From: an uncultured Phycisphaerales bacterium
GTDB taxonomy: Bacteria; Planctomycetota; Phycisphaerae; Tepidisphaerales; Tepidisphaeraceae
Direction of reading: 5' to 3'
NCBI GenBank assembly: GCA_963755915.1
Contig: CAVWLP010000003.1
Span: 128,001 to 192,000, forward strand
DNA: 64,000 nucleotides
The position numbers and the translations under genes are program-made. Of this stretch, positions 41,201 through 50,600 are shown piece after piece. Every line of letters begins with the position of its first letter. The first letter of the stretch is position 1. The notes under the pieces are model-generated. The model searched no databases. It saw only the letters and a list, made by a program, of their open reading frames with translations, and was not told where the DNA came from.

Positions 41201-42235
41201 ATGCGACAACTGATACTTGCAATGTTGATCGTGACAACTCTTGGCGCGTTGGCGATAGCCCAACGCACCGCCGATTTGTCTTCTCCGCCGCCGCCGCCGC
41301 CGCCTTCTCCTCCTGCTCCTTCTCCCGATTCTCAACCACGTGGACTCGTCCATTTTGACTTTTCCTCGATGAATATGGATCAGGTAAATGTATGCGCGGC
41401 AGCGACATTGTCGTGCATTCCAAACCCTGAATCTCGCGATCGCCAGCAGAAGCTCGCGATGAATCGCATCGCACAGCTCAGCAAGTGGACCTCCAGTTTT
41501 AAGGCTGCAGGTGGCAAAGATATTTTCGCCGTGATTGGAGGCGGGAATGGACAGATTGAATTGGACGAGGTGATTGTTCCGCTTGACGGCGCCAATCCCG
41601 ACGAATTGGAGAAGGCGATCCGTGCATTCAACTCGCTGGAATGGGTGTCGATCCCGCAGCAGAGTAAGCTCGTGGGAAAATCTTTGGTCTTTTCGTGGCC
41701 GGGGTCGGAAAAAACGGACAATCCGTTGGCCCACCCACCGCCCGAATGGGCCGACGCCTTGGGCCCTGGCAGAAGCGCGGCAGTTCGTGCTGCGCTTCCG
41801 GGAAATCTGCTAAATTGGACTCCGTCCGGTTTTATTTATTGCATGATGACCGGCGAATCTCCGCTCGGCGATGCTCCTTCGAACTCGCCTTTGGATTCCA
41901 TATCAGTGACTTCGATTTCTCTCAGTATCTCACCGAGGGGGTCTGTCGCTTGGAGTTTTCAGTGTGCGGATGCCAAGTCAGCCGATACCCTCTCAGATTA
42001 CATGAATGCTGGCTTCGAGAACTGGCGTGAGAAGATCAAGGAGAGCGCCGCGGATGAAAAGGGAGTCAACCCGCAGCAAAACGCCATGATAGCAGCGGTC
42101 AACGATCAATTCAGCAAGCTCCTAGCCATAATGAAGCCTAAAGCGGTTGGCTCACAAGTTACGACCATGTTGGATCAAGATGCCGTCGGCAGCTTCATCC
42201 TTCTCGCGACAGGATCGTTAGCGGGGGTTCAATAA
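41201..42235 (+). CDS. Secreted hypothetical protein with poly-Pro linker
   Basis: GAGGAG RBS, signal peptide, 344 aa. Confidence 0.65.
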   Translation: MRQLILAMLIVTTLGALAIAQRTADLSSPPPPPPPSPPAPSPDSQPRGLVHFDFSSMNMDQVNVCAAATLSCIPNPESRDRQQKLAMNRIAQLSKWTSSFKAAGGKDIFAVIGGGNGQIELDEVIVPLDGANPDELEKAIRAFNSLEWVSIPQQSKLVGKSLVFSWPGSEKTDNPLAHPPPEWADALGPGRSAAVRAALPGNLLNWTPSGFIYCMMTGESPLGDAPSNSPLDSISVTSISLSISPRGSVAWSFQCADAKSADTLSDYMNAGFENWREKIKESAADEKGVNPQQNAMIAAVNDQFSKLLAIMKPKAVGSQVTTMLDQDAVGSFILLATGSLAGVQ

Positions 42236-42248
42236 ACGATGTCTTATA

Positions 42249-42452
42249 TTATTCTACCTTTCGCGTAGCTTGCACCACGCCGACGATCATCTTACGCACG
42301 TCAATTGGCAATGTCGGCCATGCCATGGTCACCGTGGTTAGGTCAGCGTCTTGCTGCGCGGCAGGTGACAAGTCGGGTGACAAGCGATTTTCCTCGGTGG
42401 GCGCAAGTTGTTGATTCTCCTGCTCGTTGCGACCATCATTCAGGGGTCTCAT
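42249..42452 (-). CDS. attR-proximal ORF: predicted C-terminal tail of the integrase in the excised (attP) form
   Basis: Begins MRPL in the same register of the att core as the integrase; contains NRLSPDLSP as the integrase does; ends in an amphipathic DLTTVTMAWPTLPIDVRKMIVGVV segment. Confidence 0.7.
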   Translation of the reverse strand: MRPLNDGRNEQENQQLAPTEENRLSPDLSPAAQQDADLTTVTMAWPTLPIDVRKMIVGVVQATRKVE

Positions 42453-42491
42453 AAACCCTTGGTCCTCGGTTCGAATCCGAGTGCTCCCATT
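42441..42491 (+). repeat. attR: displaced 3' part of tRNA-Ile2/Met
   Basis: 47/51 identical to 32176-32226; all 4 differences are compensatory in the T-stem. Confidence 0.95.
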
Positions 42492-42595
42492 GCGATTGAT
42501 ATTTGCCAGAATTATGTTTTAGTTTTCCCCCTGCGGTATAATTTGGTATTCCCGCCGGGCAAGGAGGCCCGCGATTTTGCCAGGGATGGTGCCGC

Positions 42596-43624
42596 ATGAA
42601 TCGAATCAATTCGGTTACAGTTCTATTTTTTGCCCTCAGTGGAATTCCCATGTTTGCCAGTGCTGGCCCTGTCGCCTCGGCGACGACGCAGCCGGATTTG
42701 ACGGTTCTGGACAAACTGGACGACAGACTGAAGATTGGGCAGACGGCGGGAAATTTCACGGCGCTGGCGGATCTGACCCGTCCGAAATTCATCTGGGGCG
42801 GCCGGGACATGCTGTGGATCATGCACGACGGGGCCGGCAAGCCGATGTTCGCCATGAATCGGGCGTACGATCTGAAAATCGGCACGCAGCAACCGGCCTG
42901 GTTCCTTCTGGAATCGCACGATTACTGGTGGGATGACCCTGACGGCCCAATGCTGATCTACACGCGCTTCGTGGATGCGCATCCGCTGGTGGTAGTGCGC
43001 GATCCGACCCGGGGCGTCATCTACCAGGCCCGCTGGGATTCCGCCCCGCAATCCGGCAGCGGGGCCATCACGCAAACGCGTAATATTTTTCTTCTTTGCG
43101 ATGGGGAACATCGCTGGCACCTGCTCGGCGAGGGACCGATCGGATCCCGCGGCCAATGCGGGGGCGACGAACAAATCAACGATGCCGTGGAAGCCGATGC
43201 GCGATGGGCGGGAAATCCTGCCCATCCCGTTGAATTGTCGTTCACGATGTTGACGACGGACCTGTGGGACTATGACGGCGAGAATTTCCATGAATCGATG
43301 ACGGTTCGGCGAAGAATGGCGCTGGGACCTGTCGATTCCTCGGGATATTCGAATCCTGAGGCGGTCGCGGATACGTCGCCCGGTCCGTTCAAGCGGCAGG
43401 GCGCGTATTACGTGATCGCTTCGAAAAGGGAATCTCTCGACTCGTTTGTCCGGAGGTTCTGCCGGCTGGATCTGCTTGGGATGAAGGATGAATCGCAAAA
43501 GCGCACCTTCGTGGAATCGACCGAGGCGGCGATTCGAAAGACAAATCCCGGGCTGAGCGCTGCGATCGCCAGCGGCCAGGCGATTGTCCTTCCGGAGAAG
43601 ATGTACCGGTTCGGCGATAACTGA
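42596..43624 (+). CDS. Secreted hypothetical protein, possible degenerate LysM-like C-terminus
   Basis: Signal peptide followed by ATTQP; C-terminal IRKTNP.L...I..GQ.I.LP. Confidence 0.6.
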   Translation: MNRINSVTVLFFALSGIPMFASAGPVASATTQPDLTVLDKLDDRLKIGQTAGNFTALADLTRPKFIWGGRDMLWIMHDGAGKPMFAMNRAYDLKIGTQQPAWFLLESHDYWWDDPDGPMLIYTRFVDAHPLVVVRDPTRGVIYQARWDSAPQSGSGAITQTRNIFLLCDGEHRWHLLGEGPIGSRGQCGGDEQINDAVEADARWAGNPAHPVELSFTMLTTDLWDYDGENFHESMTVRRRMALGPVDSSGYSNPEAVADTSPGPFKRQGAYYVIASKRESLDSFVRRFCRLDLLGMKDESQKRTFVESTEAAIRKTNPGLSAAIASGQAIVLPEKMYRFGDN

Positions 43625-43880
43625 ACCGGTGGGCGCGAAAGAGGAGTCGGTTGATCCGGGAATGTTACGTCGGGGCGTAGTGATTTCGGTGCAGGACGGT
43701 GGCAAATACCAAGGCACAAAAGGGCGGTGCAATTTGGGGACATCGAAAGAGGCACCCCGCACGTGGGGGCGGCTATACGGGGGGTGGATAAATCGATATT
43801 GCGGTTGGCAATTTCGGGGGGAAGTTGCGGGGTGCTCTATTTTCCCCGGCCCGGCGGGTTCCCTTGTATAATGCTGTTGC

Positions 43881-45398
43881 GTGGAACCATCGGCCAACGA
43901 GTTCGGATCGTATGCCCGGGTTGCGAGCCGGTATCTGCTGGCGATCGCGCTGGTGATTGTCGCGGCTACGGTTGCTTATTCGATTAAGCCGCCGATGGGG
44001 CAGAACATGGCCTCGCTGTTCTTCGGGGCGGTGGTGATCAGCGCCTGGTGGGGAGGATTGGGGCCTGGTTTGCTGGCCTCCGCGCTGGCGGCGTTTCTGG
44101 CGGGGGATTTTTATCGACTAAACCCCGTCGGTTCGCCGGGATTTGGGTGGGATGACTGGCTTCAGGGGGGCGTTTTTTTTGCCGTGGCGGTGCTGATCAG
44201 CTCACTGACGTCAATGCGGCGGCAGGCGGAACGGGCGGTGCAGAAATCGTTTGAAGAACTGGAGGCGCGCATCGAGCAGCGGACGAGCGAACTGACGCGC
44301 TCCAACGCCCTGCTTCGGGAAAGCGAGGAGCGGTTCCGCCTGATGGTGGAAGGGGTGGCGGACTACGCGATCGTGATGCTCGATTCGATGGGGCGGGTGA
44401 TCAGTTGGAATCCGGGGGCGCACCGCATTTTCGGATTTCCGCACGATGAGGCGATGGGGATGAATTTCTCGGCGTTTTATCCGCCGGAGGACGCCACGCG
44501 CGGAGCACCGGCGGCGGATCTTCTGGAAGCGGCGCACAAGGGGCGGCGCGAGGATGAAGGGTGGCGCGTGCGGCGCGACGGCGGGCGGTTCTGGGCAAAC
44601 GTGATTACGACGGCGCTGCGGGATGAGACGGGGAATTTGCGCGGGTTTGCGCAGATTACGCGGGACGTGACTGAGTTGCGGTCGCTGGAAAAGGAAATAT
44701 TGGAGATCAGCGAGCGCGAGCAGATTCGCATCGGGCATGACCTTCACGACGGCGTGGGGCAGGAGCTGACGGGGGTTGCGCTGCTGACGCAAAATCTACG
44801 GCAGCGTTTGGCGCAGCAGGGGCTGCCGGAGGAGGCGCATGCGGCGCGAATCGCGTCGCTGATCAACCGAGCGCTGGAGCAGACGCGGAAGCTTGCCCGC
44901 GGTTTTTCGCCCGTGGAACTGGGGCCGCAGGGATTGGAAACGGCGCTGCGGGACATGGCGATCAAGGTGCAGACGAGCATGCAGAGGTCTTGCGCGGTTT
45001 CCTGCCGGGGGGCATTGAAACTGGCGGACGATACGGCGTCGATCCATTTGTTTCGGATTGCCCAGGAGGCGGTCAATAATGCGGTACGGCATTCGAAATG
45101 CAGGCAGATTCGGATCGAACTTGTTACACTGGAGGACGGCACGACGTTGTCGGTGCATGACGACGGCGCCGGGCTCCCGGTCGCGGGACCGCGAAGCAAG
45201 GGGATGGGCATCAGCGTCATGCAATATCGAGCGAGGATGATCGGCGGATCGCTGGAGATAAAGAGCACAACCGCCGGGACCTCGGTCATTTGTCGTTGTC
45301 CGAACACGAGCGATCATGAATCACCCACAACCAGCCGACAGCAGGAAACGGCCGCTCTCCTCGGCGCGGCCGCGGTCGCGCGTCCTTCTGGTCGATGA
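43881..45398 (+). CDS. PAS-domain sensor histidine kinase (DUF4118-like TM, PAS, HisKA_3, HATPase)
   Basis: SWNPGAHRIFG, EGWRVRRDG.RFWA, RIGHDLHDGVGQ, RIAQEAVNNAVRH, DDGAG, GMG. Confidence 0.92.
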   Translation: MEPSANEFGSYARVASRYLLAIALVIVAATVAYSIKPPMGQNMASLFFGAVVISAWWGGLGPGLLASALAAFLAGDFYRLNPVGSPGFGWDDWLQGGVFFAVAVLISSLTSMRRQAERAVQKSFEELEARIEQRTSELTRSNALLRESEERFRLMVEGVADYAIVMLDSMGRVISWNPGAHRIFGFPHDEAMGMNFSAFYPPEDATRGAPAADLLEAAHKGRREDEGWRVRRDGGRFWANVITTALRDETGNLRGFAQITRDVTELRSLEKEILEISEREQIRIGHDLHDGVGQELTGVALLTQNLRQRLAQQGLPEEAHAARIASLINRALEQTRKLARGFSPVELGPQGLETALRDMAIKVQTSMQRSCAVSCRGALKLADDTASIHLFRIAQEAVNNAVRHSKCRQIRIELVTLEDGTTLSVHDDGAGLPVAGPRSKGMGISVMQYRARMIGGSLEIKSTTAGTSVICRCPNTSDHESPTTSRQQETAALLGAAAVARPSGR

Positions 45399-46023
45399 CC
45401 ATCCGATCGTGCGCGAAGGACTGGCAACGCGCATCGAGATGGAGGGGGACATGGTCGTGAGCGACATGGCCGAGACGGCTGACCAGGCGATCGAGCGGAT
45501 TCAGAAGGAAGAGCCGGATATTGTGGTGACGGATCTTTCGCTGTCGGGGCGGCCGGGGCTGGAGCTGATCAAGGATATCCGGACGCACTGGGCGAGTCTG
45601 CCGATTCTGGTGCTGTCGATTCATGATGAGGAATTGTGGGCGGAGCGGGTGCTGCGGGCCGGGGCGCAGGGATATGTGATGAAATCGCAGGCGACGGAGA
45701 AAGTGCTGGAGGCGATTCGGCGCGTTCTGGCGGGCGGGCTGTGGCTGAGCGAGCATATGAGCTCGGCGCTGTTGGGGCGGCTGACGAGCCGGCGGCAGAC
45801 GCTGACGCGCGACACGCCGTTGTCCAGATTGAGCGATCGGGAGCTGGAGATTTTTCAGATGATCGGGCTGGGGTTGTCGGTCAAAGAAATTGCGCAGCAG
45901 CTATTTTTGAGCAGCAAAACCGTGGAAGTGCATCGCGAGCATGTGAAGGAAAAGCTGGGGATGCGAAGCAGTGCGGAGCTTCTGCGGTTCGCGGTGATTC
46001 ATACGCTGGAAGAGGCGCAGTAA
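45316..46023 (+). CDS. NarL/LuxR-family response regulator
   Basis: LVDDHPIVREG receiver domain; LSDRELEIF...SKTVEVHR LuxR HTH. Confidence 0.94.
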   Translation: MNHPQPADSRKRPLSSARPRSRVLLVDDHPIVREGLATRIEMEGDMVVSDMAETADQAIERIQKEEPDIVVTDLSLSGRPGLELIKDIRTHWASLPILVLSIHDEELWAERVLRAGAQGYVMKSQATEKVLEAIRRVLAGGLWLSEHMSSALLGRLTSRRQTLTRDTPLSRLSDRELEIFQMIGLGLSVKEIAQQLFLSSKTVEVHREHVKEKLGMRSSAELLRFAVIHTLEEAQ

Positions 46024-46057
46024 CTTTCAATGATTTTTTTGACTTTCTTGGCGCGAT

Positions 46058-46084
46058 TCCGCCGGTGGGGACACCGGCGGCACT
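46058..46084. repeat. REP-like hairpin CCGCCGGTG-GGGA-CACCGGCGG (identical copy at 56650-56676)
   Basis: 27-bp exact match between the two loci; lies between convergent genes, so it may also terminate transcription. Confidence 0.75.
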
Positions 46085-46099
46085 TAATTTCGGGGTTAA

Positions 46100-47557
46100 C
46101 TACAACAATGGGGAGAGCAACGAAACGGCGTTGTCGGCGTATTCGCTGATGGCGGGGCGCTTTTCCCATTCGTTGGAAGTTAGCTGACGGGAGCGGGAGA
46201 GATAGATGTTTTGTATATCGCGGAGGCGCTGGGTGATGGGCTGGCCGTAGAGGAGGACGCTGATCTCGAAATTGAGGGTGAAGCTGCGGACGTCGAGATT
46301 GGCGGAGCCGAAGAGGGCGAAGGCGTCGTCAACCGTCGTCGTTTTGGAATGAAGGAGGCCGCCCTCATAGAGATGGATTTTGACCCCGCCGCGGAGGAGG
46401 GAGCAGTAATGGGATCGTCCGGCGGCGGCGGCGAAGAAATGGTCGGCGACAAAGGGGAGAATGAGCTTTACATCGACGCCGCGATCGGCGGCCATCATGA
46501 GGGAGAGGATGGTTGCCTCATCGGGAACGAAATAGGGGGTGGTTAGGATAAGCTGATGCTGGGCGGACTGGATGGCGGCGAGGAGAAGGCGGCGATAGGT
46601 GAGGTCGCGGTTGGTGGGGCCGGTGGGAACGACCTGGGCGGGGAATTCCTGATCGGCGGGGTTGCTGGAAGGCGAATCCTGGCGCTGGGGATAGGGGATG
46701 TCGATTTCTTCGCCGGTTTCGAATGCCCAGTCTTCGGCAAAGACGGAGGCGACCTCGCCGACGATGGGACCGGTAAAACGGGCGGAGACGTCGACCCAGG
46801 GATTTCCGTGGCGGCCGCCGTAGTCGGGGTTGATGATGTTCTGGCTGCCGACATAGGCGATCTGGCCGTCGATGACGGCGAGCTTGCGATGGTTGCGCAG
46901 GTCCATGCGGGCGAGGCGGCGCCGGATGGGGGTGACGGGGAGAGCGGCGGCGACGTGAACGCCGTCGGAAATCAGCTCGCGGGAAAGGCCGTGAGGCTGG
47001 AAGAATTTTCTGGAGGCGAGGGCATCGACGAGGAGACGGCATTTGACGCCGCGGCCGACGGCGCGTTTGAGCTCGAGGGCGACGGCGCGGGCGGAGGAGT
47101 CGCCGGCGAAGATGTAATAGAGGAGGTTGACGGACTGTTTTGCGGCGGCGATATCGGCGCAGAGGCGGTCGCGGAAGATGCCGGAATCGGGGACGAAATC
47201 GAGACGGTTGCCGGCGAGGACGGGCATGCCGCTGATTTTTTCCGCCTGGCGGATCATGGGCTGGTAAGAGGGGGTGGCGTCGGGGGTAGTCGCGTGGGCG
47301 GCGCGTTCGGCGTGGCGCTGGGGATCGCGGAAGCGGGCGATGATGTCGCGATGGCGCTGGGTTCGGCGCGGGCCGAGACGGCTCTCGCCGAGCAGGAGAT
47401 ATAGAACCACCCCGATATACGGATGCAGAAAGATAATTCCGAGCCAGGCGACTGAAGCCCCCGGCGCGAACTGGCGGCGGAGGACGACGGTGACCATGAT
47501 CGCCCGGATACTCCAGCCGACGATGGCATAAGAGAGATAAAAGAGAAACCAGCCCAT
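46100..47557 (-). CDS. cls: Cardiolipin synthase
   Basis: Two N-terminal TM helices; two HKD motifs (NHRKLAVIDG, LHSKTTTVDD); GSANLD.RS. Confidence 0.92.
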   Translation of the reverse strand: MGWFLFYLSYAIVGWSIRAIMVTVVLRRQFAPGASVAWLGIIFLHPYIGVVLYLLLGESRLGPRRTQRHRDIIARFRDPQRHAERAAHATTPDATPSYQPMIRQAEKISGMPVLAGNRLDFVPDSGIFRDRLCADIAAAKQSVNLLYYIFAGDSSARAVALELKRAVGRGVKCRLLVDALASRKFFQPHGLSRELISDGVHVAAALPVTPIRRRLARMDLRNHRKLAVIDGQIAYVGSQNIINPDYGGRHGNPWVDVSARFTGPIVGEVASVFAEDWAFETGEEIDIPYPQRQDSPSSNPADQEFPAQVVPTGPTNRDLTYRRLLLAAIQSAQHQLILTTPYFVPDEATILSLMMAADRGVDVKLILPFVADHFFAAAAGRSHYCSLLRGGVKIHLYEGGLLHSKTTTVDDAFALFGSANLDVRSFTLNFEISVLLYGQPITQRLRDIQNIYLSRSRQLTSNEWEKRPAISEYADNAVSLLSPLL

Positions 47558-47669
47558 TGAGATGGGTTGATTATTGCGGTGCGGCGGAAGAGTTCAAATT
47601 CTTATGGGTGGGGACATCCGGCGCTTTTCTCTCTGGCGATAAATCGAGGATGAACGTACTCTGCAATCT

Positions 47670-50600
47670 GTGGAAACTGAAAGGCTGCAATTTTTGCGCT
47701 CTGCGCTGGGCCGGTTTCGCGGGGGAGACGGCTCGACCGATGGAAATGGGGGTAAAAACGGGAAGGTTGTGGATGAACAGCCGCTGCGGTCGGAGCTGTT
47801 CAGCGTTGTGCAACTGGAGCGGCATGCCAAGTCGATGGCGGGGTCGCATATCGTATCGGGGGGTGGGAAAGCGTGGGGGCGGCGCGATCGGCTTTTGCCG
47901 CGGCTGGCGGAGAACGAAGTCGTTTTGCGCGACGCGTATGAGGTGATCGCGGACGCGGTGAAGCGCGGGCGGCGGATTACCCCGGCTTCGGAATGGTTTC
48001 TCGATAATTTTCATTTGATTGAAGACCAGGTTCGGACGGCGCGGCGGCATTTGCCGCGGAATTACAGCCGGCAGTTGCGGCAATTGATCAGCGGACCAAG
48101 CGCGGGGTATCCGCGGGTGTATGACATCGCGCTGGAGCTGATTTCGCACGTGGATGGGCGCATCGATGCGGAGAGCGTGCGGGCGTTTATCGCGTCGTAT
48201 GAGTCGGTGAGCCCGCTGATGCTGGGGGAATTGTGGGCCATTCCGATCATGCTGCGGTTGGCGCTGCTGGAAAATCTGCGGCGGGTGGCGATTCGACTGG
48301 CAGCGGGAAGGCGCGACCGGGAACGGGCGCAGTATTGGGTGGAGCAGATGCTCGACACGGCGGCGGGGAATCCGGCGCACGTGGTGCTGGTTTTAGCGGA
48401 CATGGTTCGGGAGGACCCGCCGTTGACGACCGCGTTCGCGGCGGAGTTTGCGACACAGTTGCAGGGGCACAGCTCGACGCTGCTTTTTCCGATCACGTGG
48501 CTGGAGCAGCGGCTGGCGGAGCAGGGGCTGACGATCGAGCAGGTTTATCGCGAGGCGAGCCAGAACCAGGCGGCGGACCAGGTTTCGGTCGGGAACAGCA
48601 TCACCAGTCTGCGATTTCTAGGGACAACCGAGTGGCGCGACTTCGTGGAGGCGATGAGCACCGTCGAGCACACGCTGCTGACGGACCCGGCGGGGGTTTA
48701 TTCGAGGATGGATTTTTCGACGCGCGATAATTATCGCCATGCCGTCGAAGAAATCGCGCGGCACAGCAGGCTTTCGGAGGATGACGTTGCCCGCAAGGCG
48801 ATCGAGCTTGCCAGCGGGCGGGCGGCGCGATCGACGACGGAATCGGACGGGCGCGAGGGGCACGTGGGGTATTTCCTGGTGGATCGGGGAAGGCGGGAAC
48901 TGGAAAAGGCGTCACAGGCGCGGCCGACGATGCGCGAGCATATCAGGCGGGCGGCGGGCGGGATGCCGCTGGCGGTTTATCTGGGGTCGATCGTGGTGGC
49001 GACGGCGCTGGTGAGCGGATTTGTGGTGGGGATGGCGGCGCGTTTTGGGGCAGGGCCGTGGGGAATCGCCGGGCTGGGCGTGCTGATGGTGATCTGCGCG
49101 AGCCATCTTGCGGTTGCGGCGGCGCACTGGGCTTCGGCGCTGCTGGTTCAGCCGCAGGTTTTGCCGCGGCTGGATTTTCGGCGGGGATTCCGAAGGAGTT
49201 CCGGACGATCGTGGTCGTGCCGACTATTTTTGGTGAGCCGGAACATATCGATGAGATGGTGGAGGCGCTGGAGCTGCGGTATCTGGCGAATCGGGATGAG
49301 TCGCTTTATTTCGCACTGCTGACGGATTTTCGGGATGCGCCGAGCGAAAATATGCCGGAGGACGAGGCGCTGCTGAACCGGGCGCGGGATGCGATCAATG
49401 GTCTGAATGCGAAATATACGGCCGTCGCGGCGGAGGGGAATGGGGATGGGAATGGGAATGAAAGCGGGCATGGGCACGACACGTTTTTCCTGCTGCATCG
49501 GTCGCGGAGGTGGAATGAGAAGGAAGGGGTGTGGATGGGGTGGGAGCGGAAACGCGGAAAGCTGGAAGATTTGAACGCGATGCTGCTGGGGGCGGGGGAG
49601 AAATTCGATACGATCGTGGGGAACGTCGACGAGCTTGAGGGGGCGAAATTCGTCATCACTCTGGACAGTGACACGCAGCTTCCGCGCGATTCGGCGCGAC
49701 AACTGGTGGGGACGATGGCGCATCCGCTGATTCGACCCCTGCTGGATGGGGAGCGGGGCGAGGTCGTGGCGGGGTATAGCATTTTGCAGCCGCGGCTGGG
49801 GATAAGCATTCCCAGCGCGAATCGGTCGCGTTTCGCGCGGCTTTTCGCGGGGGAGCCGGGAATCGATCCTTATACCCTGGCGGTTTCAAATGCTTACCAG
49901 GATATTTTTGGGGAAGGCTCATTCACCGGCAAAGGGATTTATGACGTCGATGCGTTCAGCAAGACGGTTGGCGGGCGGTTGCCGGAGAATCGGATTCTGA
50001 GCCACGATCTGCTCGAGAGCGCGTATGCGCGGTCGGGGATTGTGAGCGATGTGACGCTGTTCGAGGATTTTCCGGCGCCTATCCGGTGGACGTGAGCCGG
50101 CGGCACCGGTGGATGCGTGGGGACTGGCAGATTCTGCCGTGGCTGGGGCTTCGCGTGCCGCGCGGTGGGGAGGAGAGCGAAGAGAATCCGATCTCGGCGC
50201 TTTCGCGGTGGAAGATTTTCGACAATCTGCGGCGGAGCGTGGTGCCGCCGGCGCTGCTGCTGGCGCTGCTGGCGGGATGGCTGCTGCCGGGCAGCGCGCT
50301 GTTTTATTGCGGCGTGGTGATCGCGATCCTGGTTTTGCCGCCGCTGCTGAATGGGTTTTCGGATTTCACGCGGCGGCAGCAGGACCTGCCGATCCAGCAG
50401 CACAGCCGATTCGTTCTGCGGGGCGTGGGCCGGCAGCTTTTGCAGGAGCTTTTCGGTCTCGCGTGCCTGCCGTACGAAGCGTATGTCAGTGCCGAGGCGA
50501 TCGCGCGAACGGCGCTGCGAATGCTGATTACCGGGCGGAATTTGCTGGAGTGGCGGACGGCGCTTGATGCGGAGCGATTAACGCGGACGGACCTGGCGGG

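Larger units (their letters stand above)
32176..42491. mobile_element. Integrative element inserted in tRNA-Ile2/Met(CAT)
   Basis: 51-bp direct repeats 32176-32226 / 42441-42491; integrase, AlpA-like HTH and BrnT TA genes; 29-bp arm-like repeats at 32343-32371 and 42362-42390. Confidence 0.9.

Noticed and set aside
41285-41325. (CCG)n microsatellite as a phase-variation switch
   Set aside because: It is a triplet repeat encoding a poly-Pro linker, so length change would not shift the frame.
32176-42491. Prophage
   Set aside because: No capsid, terminase, portal, tail or lysis genes are recognisable; the cargo is envelope proteins.
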